From: Candidatus Thorarchaeota archaeon
GTDB lineage: Archaea > Asgardarchaeota > Thorarchaeia > Thorarchaeales > Thorarchaeaceae
Reading direction: 5' to 3'
Length of the DNA: 64,000 nt
Assembly: GCA_029855935.1 (NCBI GenBank)
Contig: JAGSHN010000016.1
Location: 1-64,000, forward strand
Both the position numbers and the translations under genes were made by a program. Positions 19,959-29,454 of this stretch are shown piece by piece. Within the stretch, counting starts at the first letter, position 1; each line of letters starts with the position of its first letter. Under the pieces are notes generated by a model that was not told where the DNA came from, ran no database searches, and saw only the letters and a program-made list of their open reading frames with translations.

Positions 19959-20699
19959 ATGATTCGGCGGGCACTTGTGATGCGCCTTAATGGGGACCTA
20001 GTCTTCGGACGGGTGTACGAGGGGGATGGCGGTTCAGTCGACCTGACAACGGTACCCGCCTTTGTCAAGGCGTGTCTGGTGTTGCTCTCGTCCAGCACAG
20101 CCACAGTACGGATGAGGCCCTATACTCTTGAGCAGGACGGCTCACTCTGGGTCTATTGTCTGTTCGAGTCCTTTGCCATCGTTGTCGAGGCCACAGCGGA
20201 AGAGCCGCTGGAGTGGCTGGGACGGAGGATTATCACCCTGGGCAAGGAGATTGCACGGACAAATGCTCGGGTCATTGCCTCATGGTCGGGGGGCCCTCTA
20301 ACGGGTAGTGACCTGAGCGATCTCCTTGACAGATACATACACTTCGGCGCAAGCAATCCCTCCCCTGACATGGTACGACAGATAGAGACTCTCGTCAGCA
20401 ACGCCTTGGCTGAGCAGAACGTCGTCTATATCGGTGTATTTGATGCTGCGGCGGAGATGATTGCGGGAAACGTGCCCGAGAACCACATCGCTCATCTGCG
20501 TCCTCACATCGTGGGCGGAACGGCTCGTCCGGGTATGGACATAGTTCCTACGACGGTCGAGATCGATGGGTATTCGGTGCAGCTGATTCGCATCCACTCC
20601 CTCACAGTCGTTGCGGCACCATATCCTAGCGACAGCCATCTCCATGCCGCTCGTGTCGTGGCAGACCTTGCGAACAGCATCAACAAGGTCATCGAATGA
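19959..20699 (+). CDS. Putative longin-like plus roadblock/profilin-like two-domain protein
   Basis: N-half MIRRALVMRLNGDLVFGRVY has a longin-like beta-beta-alpha-beta-beta-beta-alpha pattern. C-half VVYIGVFDAAAEMIAGN ... terminal helix has a roadblock-like pattern. Confidence 0.55.
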   Translation: MIRRALVMRLNGDLVFGRVYEGDGGSVDLTTVPAFVKACLVLLSSSTATVRMRPYTLEQDGSLWVYCLFESFAIVVEATAEEPLEWLGRRIITLGKEIARTNARVIASWSGGPLTGSDLSDLLDRYIHFGASNPSPDMVRQIETLVSNALAEQNVVYIGVFDAAAEMIAGNVPENHIAHLRPHIVGGTARPGMDIVPTTVEIDGYSVQLIRIHSLTVVAAPYPSDSHLHAARVVADLANSINKVIE

Positions 20700-20782
20700 T
20701 TTCGTGCCCATCTTCAGTCTAGGGGTAGATTTTTCTCGCTCGTCGTCAACGGTGCGTCGTACAAGAACAGGCGGTGGAACAG

Positions 20783-21427
20783 ATGGAGCCAACACTACGC
20801 GTCATTGGAATCAGCGGCACGCCCAAGAGAAGCAAGTCGAGCACGCGCTACCTGCTAGAGGTCGCTCTCGATGAGCTGGCTGCGGCGGTCCGCGAGAGAG
20901 GCCGCGAAGTGGAGACCGAGATACTCGACCTCCACAGCTATGACGTCCAGCCGTGCACGGGCTGCGACCTCTGCGTGCGCAGAAAACCCTGTCCACTCAG
21001 TGAGAATGACGATATGCCTGAGATTGAGAAGATACTCTCTGCAGCGGATGCCATAATTATCGCTGCCCCCTCTTACTTCTGCTCTGTGCCGGGCATACTG
21101 AAGAATCTGATCGACAGGTCGCGCCCGATGAAGATGTCCGACCATATGCTCAAGGACAAGCTCTTCTCGGCGATAACGTATGCCGGGCTCAAGTACGGGG
21201 GTCAGGAGACCGTCATCGACTATCTCAACAAATACGCGCTCACACAGGGGATGATTGTCGTGGGAGCGCTCGGCAGTCCGATTCACGACGGCATTGCCGG
21301 CATCGGTAGCATGCAGACGGATGAGGGCAAATGGCGTCTGTCAAAGGATGACGATCTTGCGATAAAGAGCAGTCGAGTGCTCGGTCGTCGGCTCGCAGAG
21401 GTCCTTGTCATGTGGAGGTCGGAATAG
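20783..21427 (+). CDS. Iron-sulfur flavoprotein / NADPH-dependent FMN reductase family
   Basis: IGISGTP, Cx2Cx2Cx5C (CTGCDLCVRRKPC), DDM, APSYF, LKNLIDR, GGQE. Confidence 0.9.
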   Translation: MEPTLRVIGISGTPKRSKSSTRYLLEVALDELAAAVRERGREVETEILDLHSYDVQPCTGCDLCVRRKPCPLSENDDMPEIEKILSAADAIIIAAPSYFCSVPGILKNLIDRSRPMKMSDHMLKDKLFSAITYAGLKYGGQETVIDYLNKYALTQGMIVVGALGSPIHDGIAGIGSMQTDEGKWRLSKDDDLAIKSSRVLGRRLAEVLVMWRSE

Positions 21428-21428
21428 A

Positions 21429-21992
21429 GTGTCCAAACCCGAGGTGAACGGACAGGTACAGGTCCTCACAGGCGATGGCAAGGGCAAGACAACATGCGCG
21501 CTGGGTGCAGGCCTGAGAGCTGCGGGTCATGGTCTTGAGGTGCTGATGATCTGCTTCATGAAGGCGAGAGTCGCAGAGAGGAGTGGCGGAACTGAGATCA
21601 ACTACGGCGAGTTCAAATCTGTGGAGAACATCCCCAACTTTGCGATTTTGACGTTCGGTCGCTCGTCGTTTGTCAACAAGGACAACCCGGACCCAGAGGA
21701 CATCAGGCTGGCACAGCAGGGTCTTCAGAAGGCCCGTGAGGTCCTCGCAGGACATGAGTACGATGTGCTAATCCTTGACGAGATTAATGTCGCTGTGGAG
21801 TGGAACCTCATCAGCTTGGAGGACCAGCTTGAGCTAATCAGGATGAAGCCCCCTGATGTCGAGCTGATAATGACTGGCCGATATGCCAGACAGGAGGTAA
21901 TAGACGCAGCCGATCTTGTGACAGAGATGCGAGATATCAAGCATTACTACAGTACCAAGAAGCTCTTAGCACGACAGGGCTTCGAGTTCTAA
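21429..21992 (+). CDS. cobO: Cob(I)alamin adenosyltransferase (CobO/BtuR type)
   Basis: TGDGKGKTTCALG, RAAGHG, ILDEINVA, ELIMTGR, ADLVTEM..IKH. Confidence 0.92.
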   Translation: MSKPEVNGQVQVLTGDGKGKTTCALGAGLRAAGHGLEVLMICFMKARVAERSGGTEINYGEFKSVENIPNFAILTFGRSSFVNKDNPDPEDIRLAQQGLQKAREVLAGHEYDVLILDEINVAVEWNLISLEDQLELIRMKPPDVELIMTGRYARQEVIDAADLVTEMRDIKHYYSTKKLLARQGFEF

Positions 21993-22064
21993 GTCTGGGC
22001 TGCAATATTGCTTCCGAGGCCATCAGCATGCCCCGTAGATGAACGAATGAGGTTGTGATGTGTA

Positions 22065-23300
22065 ATGTCCTCCGCCATCGAAACAGACCTGCCCGAAGGT
22101 GCAGCCAGCAAACTGAGACCACGTAGCATACGCTCCGCGCTGCTGCATCTTACCAACCACAGAGATGCTCTCCTACTCATAGTGTGTGCAACTGTGATTC
22201 TCCTTGCCAAGGTCCTGATTGTACTTCAGGCCGCATTTCTCGTGGCACGTGATGCGGTTGTCTTCACGGATCCTGTCGAGGGCGTAGACCCTCTCCTCGT
22301 TGCGCTTGGCAACCAGTGGGACTCACGATACTTCATCTCCATTGCCCTGAGTGGCTACCCTGCCGGTGTGGAGAACGATGTTCTCTATGCCTTCGCGCCC
22401 CTATACCCCATGCTACTGCGTCTTGCTGGCCCGTTAATAGGCGACTACTATGTCGCGGGCATCATCGTGTCCAACATCTTCTATGTTCTCTCTCTCCTCG
22501 CATTCTATCTTGTCGCGGGGATCTATATGGAACGGACACGGGCGATACTCTCCACAACGGCCTTTGCGTTGTTTCCCACCTATCTGGTATATAGCACTGT
22601 GGCGTATACGGAGTCCACCGCACTGTTCTTTGCCATCATCTCATGGTACCTGCTCGAACGCGACAGGTATCTACTCTCCTCCATCGCACTCACGGGCGCC
22701 ATCCTGACACGTTACGTCTTCGCGCTCGCTGTTCCCGTATACTTCATTGTCATCCTTTGGCGGACGGTGACCCAAGACGACTCTAGTCGGATGCGGTTCG
22801 TGCATCTACTTCTGCGCATTTCGTGTTTGCTGACTCCGGTGGCAGCTGTGAGCCTTCTGTTTCTCTACTTCCAATCATTGACCGGCAACTTTTTCGTCAT
22901 GATTGACAGTCACATATTCTTTGACGACCACCTCACGACGCCCCTTGGCCAGTTTGAGTGGTTCTTCACAGGCTTCTTCACGCGGATCAATCACCTCAAC
23001 CCAGTGGAAGTGCTGGTCGTCAGGTATGCCTTCACAATTCCGATGCTCCTGATGGTTGTGGCCCTCGCCCCGCGGAGGAGAGGGGCACTGCTGCTCTACG
23101 GCCTTGTTGCAATGTATTTCACGCTCTCGATGGCTGGCATATCGGCCGTGGCCTCACCAAGAATTGCGCTCACCTCGTGGGTTGCGCTCTTGACGTTCGA
23201 CGAGCGAACGCCGTGGTGGCTGTATCCTATGCTCTTCGCTCTCTTTGTTGTCGTCGGTCTATGGGTGATGCAGAAGTTCCTCACCTCATTCTTCGCCTGA
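22065..23300 (+). CDS. GT-C glycosyltransferase, GPI mannosyltransferase II (PIG-V)-like
   Basis: QWDSRYFISIAxxGY, AFAPLYP and YTES motifs; many TM helices. Confidence 0.75.
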   Translation: MSSAIETDLPEGAASKLRPRSIRSALLHLTNHRDALLLIVCATVILLAKVLIVLQAAFLVARDAVVFTDPVEGVDPLLVALGNQWDSRYFISIALSGYPAGVENDVLYAFAPLYPMLLRLAGPLIGDYYVAGIIVSNIFYVLSLLAFYLVAGIYMERTRAILSTTAFALFPTYLVYSTVAYTESTALFFAIISWYLLERDRYLLSSIALTGAILTRYVFALAVPVYFIVILWRTVTQDDSSRMRFVHLLLRISCLLTPVAAVSLLFLYFQSLTGNFFVMIDSHIFFDDHLTTPLGQFEWFFTGFFTRINHLNPVEVLVVRYAFTIPMLLMVVALAPRRRGALLLYGLVAMYFTLSMAGISAVASPRIALTSWVALLTFDERTPWWLYPMLFALFVVVGLWVMQKFLTSFFA

Positions 23301-23388
23301 GCGTGCCGCCGGTCACCTGACCGGATTGATCAGGGCCATCGTGCTACGTGTCACACCCCTGTCGAGAAAAAAGAGATGGGAGGAGCAA

Positions 23389-23541
23389 TCAGCCGCTCTC
23401 CTCCTCTTTCTGTTCGGCCTCGTGTGATGTGATTGGCATGAGAGGTCGCTCGGCCGTCATCCTGCTCACTATGGCGTGCATCCTGTCGAGCTCGGGCCAC
23501 TCATATACGGGCATCGCCAGACTGAGCGTATCCTGTGGCAT
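23389..23541 (-). CDS. Small protein (50 aa), unknown function
   Basis: ATG at 23541 preceded by GGGAGGTGA. Translates to MPQDTLSLAMPVYEWPELDRMHAIVSRMTAERPLMPITSHEAEQKEEESG. Confidence 0.6.
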   Translation of the reverse strand: MPQDTLSLAMPVYEWPELDRMHAIVSRMTAERPLMPITSHEAEQKEEESG

Positions 23542-23658
23542 CCCAATCACCTCCCGTTTCAGTAACTGTTGAGCGTGATGGCGGGCCGAATGAGCTTTAC
23601 AATACTGCTGCACGGTGGCATACAGCCATACAATTGACCATGATTTGTATAGAGCAGT

Positions 23659-23674
23659 GTATATATAAATATTC
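23659..23674 (-). promoter_or_regulatory. Candidate TATA box upstream of the small ORF
   Basis: Minus strand reads GAATATTTATATATAC, an AT island in GC-rich DNA, ~120 nt upstream of the ATG. Confidence 0.5.
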
Positions 23675-23733
23675 GCGGCGGGGCTGGTGGTACTCCGTCC
23701 TGCCATACTACACTGACCTGTGGCCGCCGTCCG

Positions 23734-25470
23734 TCAGGTCGCAGGTCGGAGAGGGATGGGGCTCTCGAGTGCTTGTCTATATCGTCGTGGGACGGGATAG
23801 TTGGTATGAGAATGAACGTACCACCGGTCAATCAGCTGTCCCACCTCGTTGTGAATCCTCTTGCGTGTTGCCTCGGGGAGAGTGGGCTGCACACTGAACA
23901 CTCGCCGTCGGACTCCTGAGGGGTTGACCACGTCATTCCGGTGAACAACCGTACCAGCCTTCATCGTCAGGTATGTACTATGGAACACCCTGACGATCTC
24001 CTCCGGGTGGTCTGACAGGGAAGAGTCTGATGGCATATGGTCGAGCACGGCAATGTCGGCGTCTGCTCCCGCACCGAGATGCCCCTTGCGTTCGTCTATG
24101 CCGAGGATTCTTGCTGGTGCGGCCCGTGTTGCGATGGCAATCTCGTACAGAGACCACTCCCGCTCGGCCCCGCTGAGCGTCGACCGCGACAGGGAACGGC
24201 TGTTGAGGGTCTCCAGCCACGTCTCGCGCTCTCTGCGACTCATCAGCCACGAGATGACGAGAGGGTATCTCACAAAGGGACCGGCGTTCGGACTGTCTGT
24301 AGTGATGACGCATCGCCAGGGATCGTCTATGTTGAGCGCGTACTCAAGTGCGATCATCCACTGCACAGAGTTCGCCAGTGACTTCGGCGAGTAGGAGTAT
24401 GGGACGACCCCTGCTCCTCCTGGGAGTTCGACATCAACGGTGATGTTCATCCACTTTGTGTGGCTCACCCTGTGTAGGAGATACTGGAACGGGCCGTCAG
24501 CCGTCATAGTCATTGCTGGTCCGAAGGTTATCTGACCAAGGTCTACCGTGAAGTGGTCGTGCTGGTTGGTGTACTCTGCGAGTTCGAGTCCTCCAGATGC
24601 CACATCCTCCCACCGTGTACTGCCCTCGTCCACGCTAGCTATGCTGTCGAACGAGATGTGCGTGAGATGCAGGATGTGTTTTCGTTTCGAGGTGCGACGT
24701 GCTCGCCGTACGGCCTCAAGCTGTGCAATGGTGGTCTCGATGTTACCAACACGGCCGAGGTTATTGGGATGCAGATGGACTGGATGCGGAAGACGAAGCT
24801 CCTCCACCGCCCGGACAAGGGATGTCAGGATCTGGTTGGGGGTCAGGTCCCACTCGGGGATTGTCTGATCGAGATGCTCCGCATTGAGGTTGTGCGCCCA
24901 AGCATACGTCCCGCCAGGATTGACGACCTTTACCCCGAACCCGCCCGTGGCCCGAAGTAGCCAGTCTATGTATCCCCTGAGCCCCTCCATGTCCTGTCCT
25001 TCAATATAGTGGTAGGTGATCATGTTATTGGAGAATAGAGGGAGCATGAGAATGTCTATCACAGGGACATCAGGTATCTCCTCCCAGCACGCCAGTGCCT
25101 TCATAGGCGGGACTGCAGGGTCGACCACTGTGGTGTATCCCATCGCCGTATAGAGCTGTCCTATTACAAAGGATGAGGGGACGGCCTCGCCAACGCCCGA
25201 GCGGGTGGTGGGAGTCTTGGGCACCACTGCACGCCGGTGGTCCTCAGGACACATCGAACGTGCGGAGTTGATCTTGCTTCCGATGATATGCGAGTGGATG
25301 TCGACACCACCAGGGAGAACGGCTCTCCTTCTCACGTCGATTACCTGAGCATCGGTGCTGACGCTCTCAACAATCTTGCCGTCCCTGACACAGATGTCCG
25401 TGACCTCCCCCTCAATTCGGTTCATCGGGTCGTAGACCGTGCAATTCTTGAGGAGGATCTCCTGCGTCAC
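23734..25470 (-). CDS. fwdA: Formylmethanofuran dehydrogenase subunit A
   Basis: GGVDIHSHI, MGYTTV, KVVNPGG, LPHPVHLHPNNLG, TMTADGP, TTDSPNAGPF, KGHLGAGADADIA. Confidence 0.93.
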   Translation of the reverse strand: MTQEILLKNCTVYDPMNRIEGEVTDICVRDGKIVESVSTDAQVIDVRRRAVLPGGVDIHSHIIGSKINSARSMCPEDHRRAVVPKTPTTRSGVGEAVPSSFVIGQLYTAMGYTTVVDPAVPPMKALACWEEIPDVPVIDILMLPLFSNNMITYHYIEGQDMEGLRGYIDWLLRATGGFGVKVVNPGGTYAWAHNLNAEHLDQTIPEWDLTPNQILTSLVRAVEELRLPHPVHLHPNNLGRVGNIETTIAQLEAVRRARRTSKRKHILHLTHISFDSIASVDEGSTRWEDVASGGLELAEYTNQHDHFTVDLGQITFGPAMTMTADGPFQYLLHRVSHTKWMNITVDVELPGGAGVVPYSYSPKSLANSVQWMIALEYALNIDDPWRCVITTDSPNAGPFVRYPLVISWLMSRRERETWLETLNSRSLSRSTLSGAEREWSLYEIAIATRAAPARILGIDERKGHLGAGADADIAVLDHMPSDSSLSDHPEEIVRVFHSTYLTMKAGTVVHRNDVVNPSGVRRRVFSVQPTLPEATRKRIHNEVGQLIDRWYVHSHTNYPVPRRYRQALESPIPLRPAT

Positions 25471-26771
25471 CGTTCATCCACAGCTCCTTCAATCCGCTCT
25501 ATGATCAATCGCACGATGTCCCTGTCAGGGAGTACCCCCTCAGGAGGGTCGACCAACTTGCGCAGGTACAGGGGCAACTCGTCCATTCGTGATGCTGCAC
25601 CATCGCACTCTACTCCGGCCATTGCAGCGGGGATGTTGACAGTCGCCATCAATGAGGTCAGGTTTCTCTTGGGATCAATGTTGATGATGGGGATGTCACG
25701 CATTCGACGGACAGTATCGCGTGGAAAGTGCGCTGCAGGATCGGCCGCTATGTTCAGCAGCAGGTCTGCCTCGCCATGCCTCAACATGTCAACGGCTGTA
25801 TACTCACCGGGTTGATATCGCGGATACCCGCGAGAGTAGTCCACGGCGAATGGAAATCCCGTCGTCCAGGTGGAGGTCTCATTGGCACCAGTGACGTTAT
25901 AGTGACCCCGCATAGGCATCATGCCCCACTTGCCGAACCTGTTGAGGTCGCGGACCAACCTGATTGCCGCATCGATGTTGCGATACCGACCTCTGCTCTG
26001 CGTCAGACCGAGGCCATAGAAGAGAACTCCGTACTCCACCGACCTGAGTTCCTCTGCCGCCTCCGCCAGCTCGTCAATCGGAACCCCACCAACCTCGCTG
26101 ACATCCAGAGTGCGACCCTTGATGAGGGCCCGTAACGCCTCTATCACCTCGAGGTCGGAGCCGGGCTCGACCTTGATGAAACGGTCCGCAATCCGAGCTG
26201 TCGCGCTGCGTCTCACATCGACGACCCACATACGGCGTTCTGTTCGCGGGTCCCTGATGTACTCACCAGGGATACGGACGAATCGTCTCACGTGTCGCGG
26301 ATGCGCCTGTAGGGGATTGGCCCCCCAATAGATGACCAGCTGGGCCCGGTTGCGTACCTCTCCTAGAGACGCAAGTGGCTCGCCTGACTCCTGTCGGCCC
26401 AGTATTGACGGGCCGTGACAGACTGACGACGTATTGTCGACAACGGCCCCTATCATCTCCGCCAGCCTGTAGACCGCCCTGTGAGCATCGTTCTCTGTTG
26501 AGCTCAGGCCGTAGATCAGTGGGCGACGAGACTCTGCAAGGAGCTGTGCCGCTGTGTCAATGGCCTCCTCCAAGGTCGTCCTCTCCAGCTTCCCATCGCG
26601 ACGAACCTCGGGTACGAGAAGTCGGTCGTCCATCCTGTGTAGCATCTTTGTCTTGCCCAGTGCGCAGGCGTTATCCACGCGGGTGATCACGTCGTTGTCG
26701 TCGATGGTGACCCTCAGGTCGTCGCACAGGCAGCCGCAGAAGGGGCACACAACGTCATCCGCCACTCGCAC
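25467..26771 (-). CDS. fwdB: Formylmethanofuran dehydrogenase subunit B (Cys form)
   Basis: VCPFCGCLCDD, SSVCHGPS, LGEVRNRA, HPRH, PMRGHYNV, TTGFPF. Confidence 0.95.
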   Translation of the reverse strand: MRVADDVVCPFCGCLCDDLRVTIDDNDVITRVDNACALGKTKMLHRMDDRLLVPEVRRDGKLERTTLEEAIDTAAQLLAESRRPLIYGLSSTENDAHRAVYRLAEMIGAVVDNTSSVCHGPSILGRQESGEPLASLGEVRNRAQLVIYWGANPLQAHPRHVRRFVRIPGEYIRDPRTERRMWVVDVRRSATARIADRFIKVEPGSDLEVIEALRALIKGRTLDVSEVGGVPIDELAEAAEELRSVEYGVLFYGLGLTQSRGRYRNIDAAIRLVRDLNRFGKWGMMPMRGHYNVTGANETSTWTTGFPFAVDYSRGYPRYQPGEYTAVDMLRHGEADLLLNIAADPAAHFPRDTVRRMRDIPIINIDPKRNLTSLMATVNIPAAMAGVECDGAASRMDELPLYLRKLVDPPEGVLPDRDIVRLIIERIEGAVDER

Positions 26772-27184
26772 TATTCAACCCCCTCCAGTATCTCTGTCAG
26801 GAGCTCCTTGACGGACAACACCCTCTGGCCTCTGGCGTCGAAGACCTTGGCTCTCAGACCCTTGAAGTCCGGGGTGCCTGTCTCGCAGGTGTCATCACCG
26901 ACTACGGCGTTGGCGTATGGCCCCACCGGGATGAATGCTTTACCAGGCTCAGCATCCCGGCCGAGGCGTGCATAGACGACCACAGAACCGTGGATGGTCT
27001 CAATCTCGACGGGGTCGCCCTCGCTGACCCCAAGGACCTCCATCGTGGTGCTGTCGAGTTCGCAGTAGTTCACGGCATTGAAGTAGTCCTCTCCAAGCTT
27101 GCCTGTCTCAAGGCCTTGCCCCTGCTTCAGTGTCCTCCCCGAGAAGAGGACGACCTCAACGCCAACTCGGCCCATCGGTGTCAC
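26771..27184 (-). CDS. fwdD: Formylmethanofuran dehydrogenase subunit D
   Basis: SGRTLKQG, FIPVGPYAN, TGTPDFKG. Confidence 0.9.
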   Translation of the reverse strand: MTPMGRVGVEVVLFSGRTLKQGQGLETGKLGEDYFNAVNYCELDSTTMEVLGVSEGDPVEIETIHGSVVVYARLGRDAEPGKAFIPVGPYANAVVGDDTCETGTPDFKGLRAKVFDARGQRVLSVKELLTEILEGVE

Positions 27185-27297
27185 TCCTTGTGGTCACAAT
27201 ACTTCACTCTAAGCCACTCGGTACTGGGTCGAAGCCTTTATCAAAGATTGCTATTGCCGAGCCGTCAGGCTCTCGTTCAGTGGCAGTTGAACCGAAA

Positions 27298-28269
27298 ATG
27301 ACAGTGGACAAGAAGAAGCTCGTGGACCTCTATACCCGAACCCTGAAGATCCGGCTGTTCGAGTCAAAGGTCTGGGACCTGTTCGGGCAGAACCTCATCC
27401 CAGGCACACTGCATCTCTATCTGGGTCAGGAGGCTGTCGCTGCAGGCGTCACGGCTGCATTGAAGAAGACAGACTGGATTCAGAGCACCCACAGAGGTCA
27501 CGGCCACGTGATTGCCAAGGGTGCGGATATGAAGCGTGCGATGGCAGAGCTACTTGGCAAGAGGACAGGATCGTGCAAGGGAAAGGGCGGCTCGATGCAC
27601 ATCACACAGTTTGATGTCGGTGTGCTGGGCGCCACTGGCGTCGTCGCGTCCGGTCTTCCAATAGCGGTCGGTGCGGCGCTGTCATGCAAGATGCGTGGGA
27701 CAAAGGATGTCGTTGCCTGCTTCTTTGGCGATGGCGCCTCGAACAACGGCACCTTTGGGGAGTCTCTCAACATGTCGGCCATCTGGAAGCTCCCAGTCAT
27801 ATGGGTGGTCGAGAACAACCTCTATGCGATGGGCACACCCATTGCTTGGACATGTCCGTCCGAGAACATCGCCCAGAGGGCCGATGGCTACTGCATCCCG
27901 AACAAGATCGTCGATGGCAATAATGCGCTTGAGGTGTATGAGGCCACTGTCGAGGCTGTCGAGAGAGCTCGAAATGGCGGCGGTCCAACACTGATCGAGT
28001 GTAAGACCTATCGAATGAAGGGCCACTCAAGGTTCGACCCGGCCAAGTATCGGCCCAAGGAGGAGGCGGAGTACTGGCTGAGCCGCGATCCCGTTGAGAT
28101 CATCCGCAAGATTGCGATTGAGGCAGGAGCGCTGACGGAGAAGGAGGCCGATAAGATACGCAAGAAGCTGGAGAAGGAGGTCGAGGAGGCGGCAAAGTTC
28201 GCCATAGAGTCTGAATACCCCGCTCCAGAGGAGGCCCTTGAGGATGTGTTCATGGAGGTGGATGCCTGA
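27298..28269 (+). CDS. pdhA: 2-oxoacid (pyruvate/acetoin) dehydrogenase E1 alpha
   Basis: HLYLGQEA, STHRGHGH, GKGGSMH, TPP motif GDGA..N..NN, TYRMKGHS. ATG at 27298. Substrate not resolved (could be acoA). Confidence 0.88.
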   Translation: MTVDKKKLVDLYTRTLKIRLFESKVWDLFGQNLIPGTLHLYLGQEAVAAGVTAALKKTDWIQSTHRGHGHVIAKGADMKRAMAELLGKRTGSCKGKGGSMHITQFDVGVLGATGVVASGLPIAVGAALSCKMRGTKDVVACFFGDGASNNGTFGESLNMSAIWKLPVIWVVENNLYAMGTPIAWTCPSENIAQRADGYCIPNKIVDGNNALEVYEATVEAVERARNGGGPTLIECKTYRMKGHSRFDPAKYRPKEEAEYWLSRDPVEIIRKIAIEAGALTEKEADKIRKKLEKEVEEAAKFAIESEYPAPEEALEDVFMEVDA

Positions 28270-29243
28270 TGCCAGTGATGACATATAGAGAGGCCCTGCG
28301 TCAGGGACTCAGAGAGGAGATGCTCCGAGACGAACGCGTCTTCATAATGGGCGAGGACGTGGGCAAGAACTGGGGCGGCGCCTTCAAGGTCACAAAGGGC
28401 CTTGCAGAAGAGTTTGGCGATGAGCGCGTACGTGACACACCCATCTCCGAGAACACGATTGCTGGTGCTGCCGTTGGTGCTGCAATAACCGGGATGCGTC
28501 CCGTGGCCGAGATAATGTTCGGCGATCTCATCACGCTGGCGATGGACCAGGTCTGCAACCAGGCGGCAAAGATGCGCTACATGTTTGGCGGGCAGACGTC
28601 TGTACCCCTCGTTATACGGACAGTCTTCGGCGGTGGAAAGAACATAGCCTCTCATCACTCGCAGTCCCTCGAGGCATGGTTTATGCACACGCCCGGACTG
28701 AAGATCGCTGTACCGGCATTCGCATATGATGTGAAGGGTCTGATCAAGACGGCCATCAGAGACCCGAACCCCGTGATGTTCTTCGAGCACAAGCTGGTCT
28801 ATGATAAGAAGGAGGAGGTCCCGGATGAGGAGTACCTGATCCCCTTTGGTGAGGCGAGAGTACATCGCGAGGGCGACGATGTCACCGTCTGGGGGACGTT
28901 CCTGATGGTCCACAAGGCAATCGCTGTTGCTGACCAGCTCGCCAAGGAGGGCATCAGTGTCGAGGTCATCGACCCACGCACACTAGTACCGCTTGACAAG
29001 AAGACATTGCTGGAATCCGTGAAGAAGACCGGACGACTGGTTCTCGTCACTGAGGAAACAAAGACTGGAGCGACGACCGCTGAGATTGCGGCGATAGTGC
29101 AGGAGGAGGCCTTTGACTGGCTGGATGCACCAATCGTACGCGTCAACGCTCCTGACACACCCGTTCCCTTCAGTCCGACACTTGAGCAGTTTTTCATCCC
29201 TGATGAGAAGCGAATTGCGAAGGCGGTCAAGAGTATCCTGTAG
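28269..29243 (+). CDS. pdhB: 2-oxoacid dehydrogenase E1 beta
   Basis: GEDVG, DTPISE, EIMFGD, HSQSLEA, FEHK, IDPRTLVPLD. Overlaps the alpha stop codon. Confidence 0.9.
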   Translation: MPVMTYREALRQGLREEMLRDERVFIMGEDVGKNWGGAFKVTKGLAEEFGDERVRDTPISENTIAGAAVGAAITGMRPVAEIMFGDLITLAMDQVCNQAAKMRYMFGGQTSVPLVIRTVFGGGKNIASHHSQSLEAWFMHTPGLKIAVPAFAYDVKGLIKTAIRDPNPVMFFEHKLVYDKKEEVPDEEYLIPFGEARVHREGDDVTVWGTFLMVHKAIAVADQLAKEGISVEVIDPRTLVPLDKKTLLESVKKTGRLVLVTEETKTGATTAEIAAIVQEEAFDWLDAPIVRVNAPDTPVPFSPTLEQFFIPDEKRIAKAVKSIL

Positions 29244-29454
29244 GAGCGGGATTCAGAGTCTGATGGAATGCCTTGCTAACAGTAGGGCCGAAACATCACA
29301 GCTTGATGCTACGACAGTGAAATCACGTGCAATTGCTTCCCCTAGGTGCGATACAAAGTGCACTAATGTTCTGGCGTGGTGACTACTCGTAGAACCTATG
29401 TGCGTTCGGTGATGTAGGAAACTCCAAACATCTGTCTTCTGACTCTCTCAAGCT

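Noticed and set aside
28008-28913. Long antisense or alternate-frame ORFs (e.g. 28008-28913, 15531-16367, 31856-32629, 58349-59101)
   Set aside because: They are shadows of well-supported genes in GC-rich DNA, with no motifs of their own.
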